57,315 nt of DNA from Eubacteriales bacterium (lineage in GTDB: Bacteria > Bacillota > Clostridia > Oscillospirales > JAAYXM01). The stretch covers positions 1 to 57,315 of the forward strand of contig JAZTXE010000058.1 of assembly GCA_045636205.1 (NCBI GenBank), in the 5' to 3' direction. A program made the translations under genes and the position numbers. The notes beneath the pieces were generated by a model that saw only the letters and a program-made list of their open reading frames with translations, made no database searches and was not told the DNA's origin. This document shows, piece by piece, positions 8,688-17,878 of this stretch; position 1 is the stretch's first letter; each line of letters opens with the position of its first letter.

Positions 8688-11600
8688 GTGTACCTCAAAT
8701 CATTAGAGCTGCAGGGCTTTAAATCGTTTCCTGATAAGACGGTTTTAACGTTTGGAGACGGCATAACTGCAATAGTCGGACCAAACGGCAGCGGCAAATC
8801 AAATATATCCGATGCGGTGCGGTGGGTGCTTGGTGAGCAGTCCACCCGTACTTTGCGCGGAAGTAAAATGGAAGACGTTATATTCGGCGGTACTCAGAAG
8901 CGTGGCCCGGTCGGCTACGCTGAAGTTTCGCTGACTATTGATAATTCTGACGGAGCGCTAAATACCGAGTATAACGAAGTAACCGTAACGCGCCGTTACT
9001 ATCGCTCGGGCGAAAGTGAGTTCTACATAAACCGCAGCGCGGTACGCCTGCGTGACATACATGAGCTTTTTATGGATACGGGATTGGGGCGTGACGGATA
9101 CTCAATTATCGGTCAGGGGCGTATTGATGAAATACTCTCGCTCAAAAGTGAGGACAGACGCGAAATCTTTGAAGAAGCCTCCGGCATCTCAAAATTCCGC
9201 CACCGCAAGGAGGAGTCCGAGCGCAAGCTAAATGCAACCGAGGAAAACCTTGTTCGCATAAGAGATATAATCTCCGAGCTTGAGGGGCAGGTAGGTCCGC
9301 TTGCAAAGCAGGCAGAGCAAGCCAAAAAATTTCTTAAAATACGCGACGAGCTTAAAGAACTTGAAATAAACGTCTGGATGCATACTCTCGATAAAATCCG
9401 CGAGGACTCTATCAAGTATGAAAACGATTATAAGGTCGCCGCGTCGCAGTTTGAGCGCGGTCAGGCTATGGTGGATGAGCTTTATGCGCAGGCGGAAGAG
9501 CTCTCCGTTAAAATGCGTGAAAAGGATATAGAGGCTGTAAATGTCCGCAATCTCCTCCGCGAAGCGGTAAACATGCTGCGTGAGGTGGAAGGCGAAATAA
9601 GCCTTATGGGTGCGGGTATAGAAAATAACCGCCACAATATAGAGCGCATACAACAAGAACTCTCTGACGAGGAAAACCGCGCGGGCGGAATAGACGCTCA
9701 AATTAACGAGCGATGCGAAAAAATAGAAGCTCTTAAAAAAGAAGAGCTTTTACTCGCAGAGAAAATATCCGAGCTTTCCGAGAGAATAGAAAATGCGGCA
9801 AAGAGTACGGACGATGTAAGCGTAAAACTTGACGTGCTGCGCGCAAAAAAGCTCGAGTTTTCAGACTCCGCTTCGGAAAAAAGAGTTGAGCTCTCCGCTG
9901 CGGTTACCGCTGAGGAAAACCTCAAAAACCGCCAGTCGGAAATTCAGGAGGAACTTAAGGCACGTGAAGCCACGCTCGAGGAAACTCGCGAAAAGGCAAA
10001 TGAAGTTAAACGCGCGCATCGCGAGGCTCAGGAAGAGTGTGACAGTATAAACAACCAGCTTGCAGGCTTTGAGCTTAAAGGCAAGGCGCGTGAGGAGCGC
10101 CTTGAAAAGCTCAGAAGCTCGCACCAAAAGCTTTCAATCTCTGTTGAGTCCATGCAGCAAAAGCTACATATGCTCGCCGAGATGGAAAAGGATATGCAGG
10201 GCTATTCAAACGCGGTAAAAACCGTGCTTCGCGCGGGTGAGCGCGGCGAGCTCGGCGGAATCCGCGGCGCGGTTTCAAAGCTCATGCGAGTTGAGGACGA
10301 ATATGCTATAGCCATTGAGATTGCACTCGGTGGCGCGATGCAGAATATCGTTGTAGAAGATGAAACAAGCGCTAAGCGCGCAATTTCGCTTTTAAAGAGC
10401 AGTAACACCGGTCGCACCACAATGATGCCTATGTCCATAATGCGCGGCAATGAGCTCGAGGAAAAAGAGCTTGACAAAGCCCCGGGATTTGTAGGTCTTG
10501 CTTCAAGCCTTGTCGAGTTTGAAAAGTGCTACGAGGGAATATTCAAATACCTGTTAGGCAGAATAGTTGTCGCGGATAATCTGGATAATGCGTCAAAAAT
10601 CGCCAAGCAGTATAAGTACCGCTTCCGTATAGTCACGCTCGACGGTCAGGTGATAAACTCCGGCGGTTCATATACCGGCGGCAGCGTCAGCAAATCAGCG
10701 GGCATCTTAAGCCGTGCAAATGAGATGGAGCGCCTTGAAAAACAGATAAAGTCAGAGCAGGATAAGCTCGAAAAGCTCTCCGAACAAAAGACGGAGGCGG
10801 AGCGCGAGCATCAGGCGCTTTCCTACGAAGTCGAAGTATATCAAAACGATAAGCGCCGTGCCGAGGACATCCTCCTCAAAAGCGGCACCGAGCTTGAGCA
10901 CTATAAGCTCCTGCTTGACAGCTTAAACGAAGCGATAGACGGATTGGACGATGAACTTGTTTCCGTGCGCGGACGGCAGAGCGAGTTTGCACGCAACCGC
11001 GATAAGTTAAATGACGAAATTTCAGCTCTTGAACAGCAGGCGCAGGAGTGTCAGACGCAGATAGACGAAATGATAAAAGGCCATTCCGAGCTCATCGAGC
11101 GCAAAGGCGTACTCTCCGACGAGCTCTCCGAGCTTCGCCTTAAATCTGCGGAAATACGAACCGAGTACAGCGAGTCACAAAAAGCGCTCGAGGAGCTCTC
11201 CGAGCTTCGCTCGGCAATGGAGGGCGACCGCAGTGCCAAGGAGCGCCTTATTGAGGAGTATCAAAATAAGATTTCCGAAATTGAGCAAGCGATAGAAGCA
11301 AAGAAAAAGCTTATAAGTGAGCATACCGCGAATATTGACGGCATAAACGCGCGTATATCAGAACTCGGCGCGCAAAAGCTTGCGCTTGAAGCCGAGCGGA
11401 ATAAAAAGGAAAAAGAGAGCAAGGATAAGAATGATGAGATTCTTAACTTAGAGCGCGAAAGAGCCCGACTTGAGTCTAAGAAAAATGCGGTTGAGCTTGA
11501 GGAAAAGCAGATAACCGATAAGTTGTGGGAAAACTATGAGCTGACGGTTATGGCTGCAGGTGAGCTGCGCCGACCGCTCGAGTCGGTAAGCGAAGCCAAG

Positions 11601-12263
11601 GCGCGTGTATCAGAACTCAAGTCAGAACGCAAGAAACTCGGAAACGTAAACGTAGGCGCGATTGAGGAATATGAGCGTGTAAGCGAGCGATTTGAATTCT
11701 TAAGTACTCAGCGCAACGACCTTGAAAAATCCAAAGCAGAGCTTTTGCGCATGATAGATGAGCTTACAAGCGAAATGCAGACTATTTTTGCCGAGCAGTT
11801 TGAAATAATAAATCGCAACTTCTCGGAAACCTTTACCGAGATATTCGGCGGCGGTAAAGCTGAACTTAAGTTGGAGGACCCGTCGGACATCTTAAATTGC
11901 GGCATAGAGATAAAGGTTCAGCCGCCCGGAAAAACCCTGCGTACAATTACGCTGCTCTCAGGCGGTGAACGCGCATTTGTCGCAATCGCACTATATTTTG
12001 CAATCATGAAGGTGCGTCCGACGCCGTTCTGCGTGCTTGACGAGATTGAAGCCGCACTTGATGACGTAAACGTTGCAAGGTATGCCGCATATCTGCGAAA
12101 GCTTACAAAGACAACGCAGTTTATCGTTATAACGCACCGCCGCGGTACCATGGAGGAAGCGGACGTGCTCTACGGTGTAACCATGCAGGAGCAGGGTATT
12201 TCCAAGATGCTGACGATAAGCATTGCCGAGGTTGAAAAGGAACTCAATATCAAGCTTAAATAA
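8688..12263 (+). CDS. smc: Chromosome segregation protein SMC
   Basis: N-terminal YLKSLELQGFKSF...GPNGSGKSN Walker A, long coiled coils, a central hinge, and C-terminal LSGGE signature plus Walker B (FCVLDEIEAALD). I prefer the GTG at 8688 (AGGAG at 8675-8679) over the track's TTG at 8670. Confidence 0.95.
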   Translation: MYLKSLELQGFKSFPDKTVLTFGDGITAIVGPNGSGKSNISDAVRWVLGEQSTRTLRGSKMEDVIFGGTQKRGPVGYAEVSLTIDNSDGALNTEYNEVTVTRRYYRSGESEFYINRSAVRLRDIHELFMDTGLGRDGYSIIGQGRIDEILSLKSEDRREIFEEASGISKFRHRKEESERKLNATEENLVRIRDIISELEGQVGPLAKQAEQAKKFLKIRDELKELEINVWMHTLDKIREDSIKYENDYKVAASQFERGQAMVDELYAQAEELSVKMREKDIEAVNVRNLLREAVNMLREVEGEISLMGAGIENNRHNIERIQQELSDEENRAGGIDAQINERCEKIEALKKEELLLAEKISELSERIENAAKSTDDVSVKLDVLRAKKLEFSDSASEKRVELSAAVTAEENLKNRQSEIQEELKAREATLEETREKANEVKRAHREAQEECDSINNQLAGFELKGKAREERLEKLRSSHQKLSISVESMQQKLHMLAEMEKDMQGYSNAVKTVLRAGERGELGGIRGAVSKLMRVEDEYAIAIEIALGGAMQNIVVEDETSAKRAISLLKSSNTGRTTMMPMSIMRGNELEEKELDKAPGFVGLASSLVEFEKCYEGIFKYLLGRIVVADNLDNASKIAKQYKYRFRIVTLDGQVINSGGSYTGGSVSKSAGILSRANEMERLEKQIKSEQDKLEKLSEQKTEAEREHQALSYEVEVYQNDKRRAEDILLKSGTELEHYKLLLDSLNEAIDGLDDELVSVRGRQSEFARNRDKLNDEISALEQQAQECQTQIDEMIKGHSELIERKGVLSDELSELRLKSAEIRTEYSESQKALEELSELRSAMEGDRSAKERLIEEYQNKISEIEQAIEAKKKLISEHTANIDGINARISELGAQKLALEAERNKKEKESKDKNDEILNLERERARLESKKNAVELEEKQITDKLWENYELTVMAAGELRRPLESVSEAKARVSELKSERKKLGNVNVGAIEEYERVSERFEFLSTQRNDLEKSKAELLRMIDELTSEMQTIFAEQFEIINRNFSETFTEIFGGGKAELKLEDPSDILNCGIEIKVQPPGKTLRTITLLSGGERAFVAIALYFAIMKVRPTPFCVLDEIEAALDDVNVARYAAYLRKLTKTTQFIVITHRRGTMEEADVLYGVTMQEQGISKMLTISIAEVEKELNIKLK

Positions 12264-12282
12264 ACACCGGGAGGCAGAAAAA

Positions 12283-13188
12283 ATGGGTTTATTTGATAAA
12301 ATAAAATCAGGGCTTGCAAAAACCCGCGATGCGGTCGCAAGCCAGGTGGACAGTATAATTAAAACATTTACGCCGTTAAATGATGAGTTTTTTGATGAAC
12401 TCGAGGAGGCTCTCATCCTTGCGGACTTGGGTGTTCAAACAGCAGTCGGAATATGTGAGACGCTCCGTGACCGCGCTAAGGAGAAAAAACTCCGCTCGTC
12501 CGAGGAGATTCGTGAAGAGTTAAAGGAAATTCTTCGCGAAATTCTCACTAAAAATTCCGGCGAGCTTATGCTCGGCAGTAAGCCTGCGGTTATCCTTGTA
12601 ATAGGCGTAAACGGCGTGGGAAAAACCACATCTATAGGAAAAATTGCCGCTCAGCTTAAATCGGACGGCAAAAAAGTCCTGCTTGCCGCGGCGGATACCT
12701 TCCGCGCCGCAGCAGCGGACCAGCTTGAAATATGGGCAAAGCGCGCGGATGTGGATATTGTGCGCCATGAGGAAGGTGCCGACCCGGCGGCGGTTGTTTT
12801 CGATGCGCTCGCCGCGGCAAAATCGCGCGGTAGCGATGTCGTAATATGCGATACTGCGGGAAGGCTGCACAATAAGCAAAACCTTATGAACGAGCTTTCG
12901 AAAATAAGTAAAATAATTTCAAGGGAAGTACCGGATGCTAATGTGGAAACCCTGTTGGTCCTGGATGCGACCACAGGCCAGAACGCAGTAAGCCAGGCTC
13001 AGCAGTTTAATCAGGCGGCAGGTGTAACCGGCATCGTGCTTACAAAGCTTGACGGCACCGCAAAAGGCGGCATCGTCGTATCCATTGCAGATACCATGGA
13101 TATTCCGGTCAAATTCATCGGCGTCGGAGAGCAGATGGATGATTTAATGCCCTTTGAACCAAATAGCTTTATTGATGCACTATTTTAA
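12283..13188 (+). CDS. ftsY: Signal recognition particle receptor FtsY
   Basis: The start MGLFDKIKSGLAKT is preceded by GGGAGG. NG domain motifs: GVNGVGKTTSIGK, DTAGR, TKLDGTAKGG. The track's start at 12223 lies inside smc. Confidence 0.95.
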   Translation: MGLFDKIKSGLAKTRDAVASQVDSIIKTFTPLNDEFFDELEEALILADLGVQTAVGICETLRDRAKEKKLRSSEEIREELKEILREILTKNSGELMLGSKPAVILVIGVNGVGKTTSIGKIAAQLKSDGKKVLLAAADTFRAAAADQLEIWAKRADVDIVRHEEGADPAAVVFDALAAAKSRGSDVVICDTAGRLHNKQNLMNELSKISKIISREVPDANVETLLVLDATTGQNAVSQAQQFNQAAGVTGIVLTKLDGTAKGGIVVSIADTMDIPVKFIGVGEQMDDLMPFEPNSFIDALF

Positions 13189-13207
13189 AATACGGAGGAA
13201 TTAACCC

Positions 13208-13930
13208 GTGGCAAGAAAAGACGGAAGAAGCGAAAAGCAGTTAAGAAAACTTAAAATAACACTTGATTACAATAAATATGCCGAAGGCAGCGTTCTCATA
13301 GAAACCGGCGATACCCGCGTTTTGTGCAACGCAACAGTTGAAGAGGGCGCTCCCAAATACGTGCCCGAAGGAACCGGTTGGGTAACCGCAGAGTATTCCA
13401 TGCTTCCGCGTGCTGCCCATACCCGCAAAAACCGTGATATAAACCGCTTGAAGCTGGCTCCGCGCTCGGCTGAAATCCAGCGCCTTATCGGACGTTCGCT
13501 GCGCAGCGTAGTTGATATGGGAATTTTAGGTGATAGAACCATAACAATCGACTGTGATGTCCTTCAGGCAGACGGCGGCACCAGAACCGCGTCAATCACC
13601 GGTGGTTTTATAGCGCTTGCCCTTGCGTGTAAGAGACTTGTTGAGCAGGGCGTGATAGAAAAAACTCCTATTACAGATTGGTGCGCTGCAGTCAGCGTGG
13701 GTATAGTAAACGGCGAGTGCCTTGCGGATTTAAATTATGTCGAGGATAGCTCAGCAGAGGTGGATTTTAACGTCGTCATGACAGGCAATGGTGAGTTTAT
13801 CGAGCTTCAGGGCACGGGTGAAGAAAGACCGTTTGCACGTGCAGAGCTCTCCAAGATGCTCTCATATGCCGAGAGCGGCATAAAGAAGCTTATTGCAGCT
13901 CAGAAAAAAGCACTCGGCGGCAGCCTTTAA
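13208..13930 (+). CDS. rph: Ribonuclease PH
   Basis: 240 aa with a GTG start after GGAGG. Motifs RKDGR...LR...GSVL...GDT.V and [13 protein letters not shown] are typical of RNase PH. Confidence 0.95.
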   Translation: MARKDGRSEKQLRKLKITLDYNKYAEGSVLIETGDTRVLCNATVEEGAPKYVPEGTGWVTAEYSMLPRAAHTRKNRDINRLKLAPRSAEIQRLIGRSLRSVVDMGILGDRTITIDCDVLQADGGTRTASITGGFIALALACKRLVEQGVIEKTPITDWCAAVSVGIVNGECLADLNYVEDSSAEVDFNVVMTGNGEFIELQGTGEERPFARAELSKMLSYAESGIKKLIAAQKKALGGSL

Positions 13931-13944
13931 GCGGAGGATGCGAT

Positions 13945-14544
13945 ATGAAATTTATAATTGCTACAAACAATAAGAAGAAACTCAAGGAGCTTCGCGGAAT
14001 TTTAGACGAGTTTGGAATATATGCCGTGTCTCTTGACGATGCTGGCATATGCTCAGAGGTTGAGGAAACCGGAACTACATTTGAGGAAAACGCGATTCTC
14101 AAGGCGAGTGACGCGATGAACATAATGGGAATTCCTGCAATTGCTGATGACTCAGGGCTTGTAGTCGATGCGCTTGACGGCGAGCCCGGAATATACTCCG
14201 CTCGCTTTGGCGGAGACGCTTGCAAGAGTGATGTTGAAAGATACGAGCTTCTATTAAAGAAGCTTGAGGGAGTACCCGATAAAGAGCGCACCGCCCGCTT
14301 TGTTTCGGCAATAGCCTGCGTTTTCCCGGACGGCAGAAAAATTGTCACCCGTGGCGAGTGCGAGGGCATCATAACCTCAGAGCCGCACGGTGACGGCGGT
14401 TTTGGATATGACCCGGTGTTTTTCTTGCCCGATGAGGGTATGACGATGGCAGAAATAACGCAGGAGAGAAAAAATGAAATATCCCACCGCGCGGCTTCGC
14501 TTAAAAAACTGCGCGAGGAGCTTAAAAAAATAAATTTAAAGTAG
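13945..14544 (+). CDS. rdgB: Non-canonical purine NTP pyrophosphatase (dITP/XTP), RdgB/HAM1 family
   Basis: 199 aa. IIATNNKKKLKE, ETGTTFEENA, ADDSGL, GFGYDPVF and SHRA motifs. Confidence 0.93.
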   Translation: MKFIIATNNKKKLKELRGILDEFGIYAVSLDDAGICSEVEETGTTFEENAILKASDAMNIMGIPAIADDSGLVVDALDGEPGIYSARFGGDACKSDVERYELLLKKLEGVPDKERTARFVSAIACVFPDGRKIVTRGECEGIITSEPHGDGGFGYDPVFFLPDEGMTMAEITQERKNEISHRAASLKKLREELKKINLK

Positions 14545-14555
14545 GAGAAAACAAA

Positions 14556-14849
14556 ATGGCATTAAACAGTAAACAGCGCGCCAAATTAAGGTCGCTGGCT
14601 AATACAACGGAAACAATTCTGCAAATAGGAAAGGGCGGAGTTACCGACGCAGTAGTGCGTCAGACCGAGCAGGCACTCGCTGCACGCGAGCTTATAAAGC
14701 TCAGAGTGCTTGAGAGTGCGCTTATGTCCCCGCGCGAGGCTTGCACGGAGCTCTGCGATGCCCTGGGTGCCGAGCCTGTGCAGGTAATAGGAACCCGATT
14801 TGTCATCTATCGCAGAAACGATAAGGACCCGAAAATTCAGATTGATTAG
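14556..14849 (+). CDS. yhbY: Ribosome assembly RNA-binding protein YhbY (CRM domain)
   Basis: 97 aa. LNSKQRAKLRSLAN...LQIGKGGVTD...LIKLRV matches the YhbY/CRS1 family pattern. Confidence 0.9.
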   Translation: MALNSKQRAKLRSLANTTETILQIGKGGVTDAVVRQTEQALAARELIKLRVLESALMSPREACTELCDALGAEPVQVIGTRFVIYRRNDKDPKIQID

Positions 14850-14858
14850 GTGAAGGAT

Positions 14859-15461
14859 ATGCGAATTGGCATTTTAGGCGGAACTTTTAATCCACCGCAT
14901 ATTGGGCATACTCATGCCGCAAAAGCCGCAATTAAAGCGCTGGGGCTTGATACGGTGCTGTTTGTTCCGGTTGCTTTGCCACCGCATAAGACTATCCCGG
15001 AGGGCAGTGCAACAGGTGAGCAGCGCATGGAAATGGCGCGCCTCGCGGCTGAAAGCATAGGTGCTGAGGTGTGCGACATTGAATTTAAACGCCCGGGAAA
15101 AAGCTATACTGCGGAAACCCTTAAATTTCTCAAGGAAGAATACCCGGGTGCGCAGTTCTGGCTTATTATGGGAACAGATATGTTTTTGAGTATTCATACC
15201 TGGTATCACCCCGAGGATATTTTTGCCGCCGCGCATATTGCAGTAGTGGAAAGAGAAGCATCCGGTGCTGATGCAATTATCTCTCAAAAACAAAAGCTTG
15301 AGCGGGAATTTGGTGCAAAAATAGATTTAATTGATACCGAGACGCTTGAAATATCCTCAACGCAGCTGCGCTGCAACGGCTGCATTGCCTCTGAATATCT
15401 GTGTCAATCCGTGCGGGAGTATATTTTGAAAAACCGCTTGTACCAAAACGGAGAGGTGTAA
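14859..15461 (+). CDS. nadD: Nicotinate-nucleotide adenylyltransferase
   Basis: MRIGILGGTFNPPHIGH (HxGH motif) and ISSTQLR near the C-terminus. The track start at 14850 (GTG) is a possible alternative. Confidence 0.93.
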   Translation: MRIGILGGTFNPPHIGHTHAAKAAIKALGLDTVLFVPVALPPHKTIPEGSATGEQRMEMARLAAESIGAEVCDIEFKRPGKSYTAETLKFLKEEYPGAQFWLIMGTDMFLSIHTWYHPEDIFAAAHIAVVEREASGADAIISQKQKLEREFGAKIDLIDTETLEISSTQLRCNGCIASEYLCQSVREYILKNRLYQNGEV

Positions 15462-15462
15462 A

Positions 15463-16029
15463 ATGGATATTGAGCTTTTTGAGTCTGAAATGTCAAAAAG
15501 GCTGAGTGCGCGGCGAATGAAGCATACGCTCGGATGCGCGGATACCGCGGTCCGGCTTGCTGCCCGCGTAGGAGAGGATACGTCTCTTGCACGTGCGGCG
15601 GGACTTTTGCACGATATGACAAAAGAGTGGAGCATTCCCGATCAGTTGAAATTTTGCGAGAAACATGGTATTATTATAAGCGATACCCAAAAAAAGGTAC
15701 CTGAGATACTCCATGCGATAACCGGCGCGTATGCCGCAAGGCTGGAATTCGGAGTACCTAAAGAGGTAGCGGGTGCAATCAGGTGGCATAGCACGGGAAA
15801 ACCCGGAATGACCGGGCTTGAAAAAATAGTCTGGCTTGCGGATTTGATTGAACCCGGGCGCGATTTCCCGGGCGTTGAGTTTATACGCGATATGGCACAA
15901 AAGGATATTGACCGCGCGATTCTCATGGGAATGGAGCGCACGATAAAATATTTACTCGATAAAAAACAGATAATAGATCCTGTTATGCTCGAAGCGCGAA
16001 ATACGCTTATTTCGGGCGAGCAGGACTAA
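15463..16029 (+). CDS. yqeK: HD-domain protein YqeK (bis(5'-nucleosyl)-tetraphosphatase, symmetrical)
   Basis: 188 aa. HTLGCADTA...LLHDMTK HD signature. Conserved position immediately after nadD. Confidence 0.9.
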   Translation: MDIELFESEMSKRLSARRMKHTLGCADTAVRLAARVGEDTSLARAAGLLHDMTKEWSIPDQLKFCEKHGIIISDTQKKVPEILHAITGAYAARLEFGVPKEVAGAIRWHSTGKPGMTGLEKIVWLADLIEPGRDFPGVEFIRDMAQKDIDRAILMGMERTIKYLLDKKQIIDPVMLEARNTLISGEQD

Positions 16030-16051
16030 TGCTTGAAAGGAATTGAAACGG

Positions 16052-17431
16052 ATGAAACTATTCGGCGGAAGACCGCCGCGTATGATAAAGAAGATTGAAA
16101 GCTTTTTTAAGCATATGCCGCGTAAAGCAAAAATTATTATAGCCGTATGTCTGGTTGTCCTGGCAGCGCTCATAACCGCAGTTGCAGTAGCCATTAACAG
16201 CGTCAAACCACCCGAAAAGGTCAGTGCGGATATATCCGATACAGCCGGGATCGAACACGATGTTGTAATAGACGGCGATGCGATAGATGTTGAGGGCAGA
16301 GAGCATAAGGAAAACTTTTTTACTCTTCTCGTCGTAGGGCGGGATAAAGTAGGCCTCAATACGGATACAATAATGCTTGCAGCATTTGATATCGAAAAAG
16401 GAAAGATAAACATACTCAGCATCCCGCGCGATACCATGGTAAACGTAAAGCGGTCAAATAAAAAGATAAATGCCGCATTTTCGGTGGGCGGAAAGCCGAA
16501 TATAGAAGAGCTTAAGCACGAGGTTGAGTCCGTAACCGGAGTTATGCCGGATAAGTACGCGGTTGTAAATATAGACGGATTTATTGAGATGATAGATGCT
16601 ATCGGTGGAGTTACGGTTGATGTACCTGTCAATATGGTCTACAACGACCCGGCTCAGGATTTGAAAATCAATATTAAAAAAGGCGTCAGACATTTAGACG
16701 GCTATGATGCGATGGGCTTCATGCGTTTCCGCAGCACCTACATAGAGGGCGATATAGGGCGCGTAAAAGTCCAGCAGACGTTTGTAAAAGCACTTGTCGA
16801 TAAAATGCTCACACCATCCACTCTGACGAAAATTCCGAAACTTGCGGATATTGTAATCGAAAACGTGGAAACTGATTTGTCCGTAGGAAACATAGTCTGG
16901 CTTGCAAAGGAAGCTCTTAACATGAATCCGCAGGAGGATATACAGACGTTCCTGCTCCCGGGTGAGGGCGGATACTACAAGAAACTTTCCTATTATTTTG
17001 CATATAAACAGCAAGTGCTCGAAATGATAAATGAGTACTTTAATCCCTATGTAACACCTATTAAAAGCATTAATATAATTGACCCGCGCGGTGAAGAAGC
17101 GAAGACCGAAAAAGAAACCGTAAAGGATGTTTCACCGGTGCAGAAACCCGAGGAAAAGGAACCTGTAAGCGAAGTACCTGAGCAGGTGAAACCACAGGAA
17201 CCAGAGCAGGAGCTTGAAGAAAACGAGGATGAGGCACTGACCGAAGAGCCGCAAGAGGATATACCTGCAGACGAGCCGCCGGTCGAGGAAGAACCGATGC
17301 CCGAACCCGAGCCTGAGGTGACCGAGCCTGAGGTGATCGAGCCCGAGCCGTCTGAAGCTCCGGATTCCTTTGAGTTTGAGCAGGAGAACTCATCTGAGTC
17401 GATAATACCCGAAGATTTTTATCAGAACTAA
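16052..17431 (+). CDS. LytR/CpsA/Psr (LCP) family cell-envelope phosphotransferase with an acidic Pro/Glu-rich C-terminal tail
   Basis: N-terminal TM helix (IIIAVCLVVLAALITAVAVAI). LCP core: FTLLVVGRD...NTDTIMLAAFD...ILSIPRDT...GFMRFR. The last roughly 110 aa are low-complexity E/P rich. The ATG at 16052 fits the RBS (GAAAGG) better than the TTG at 16043. Confidence 0.88.
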   Translation: MKLFGGRPPRMIKKIESFFKHMPRKAKIIIAVCLVVLAALITAVAVAINSVKPPEKVSADISDTAGIEHDVVIDGDAIDVEGREHKENFFTLLVVGRDKVGLNTDTIMLAAFDIEKGKINILSIPRDTMVNVKRSNKKINAAFSVGGKPNIEELKHEVESVTGVMPDKYAVVNIDGFIEMIDAIGGVTVDVPVNMVYNDPAQDLKINIKKGVRHLDGYDAMGFMRFRSTYIEGDIGRVKVQQTFVKALVDKMLTPSTLTKIPKLADIVIENVETDLSVGNIVWLAKEALNMNPQEDIQTFLLPGEGGYYKKLSYYFAYKQQVLEMINEYFNPYVTPIKSINIIDPRGEEAKTEKETVKDVSPVQKPEEKEPVSEVPEQVKPQEPEQELEENEDEALTEEPQEDIPADEPPVEEEPMPEPEPEVTEPEVIEPEPSEAPDSFEFEQENSSESIIPEDFYQN

Positions 17432-17451
17432 CATGAAAGGATGAATTTAAG

Positions 17452-17808
17452 ATGACACCGTTGGAGACAGTAAAAGGCGCGATAAAGGCGCTGGATGATA
17501 AAAAAGCACATGACATTCAGGTTGTGCGCATAGATACGGTTACAACTCTTGCAGATTATTTCGTTATCTGTACAGGTACATCAAATACTCACATCCGCAC
17601 ACTCAAGGAAGCTGTAGAGCATGACCTTGAACTTGCGGGTGAGCGTCCGCATCACGTGGAAGGTCACGGAAGCGGAACATGGGTGCTTATGGATTACAGC
17701 AGCGTAGTCGTGCACATCTTCACCGATGAGGCGCGCCGCTTCTATCAGCTTGACCGCGTATGGGCGGATGCTGAGATAATCTCACCCGAGGAAATTATGA
17801 GTAAGTAA
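17452..17808 (+). CDS. rsfS: Ribosome silencing factor RsfS
   Basis: 118 aa. [11 protein letters not shown]......[14 protein letters not shown]...L and WVLMDY..VVVHIF...R.FY.L..W motifs. Confidence 0.93.
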   Translation: MTPLETVKGAIKALDDKKAHDIQVVRIDTVTTLADYFVICTGTSNTHIRTLKEAVEHDLELAGERPHHVEGHGSGTWVLMDYSSVVVHIFTDEARRFYQLDRVWADAEIISPEEIMSK

Positions 17809-17878
17809 TTATAACAAGAGAAAGTTTACGCGTAGCTTATACGCGATATCACACAAAATTAAGGTGGTTGTTGGTATT

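Noticed and set aside
17809-17878. T-box leader expected upstream of leuS
   Set aside because: Only about 70 nt separate rsfS from leuS. That leaves no room for a T-box, and there is no specifier or T-box sequence. leuS appears co-transcribed with the upstream operon.
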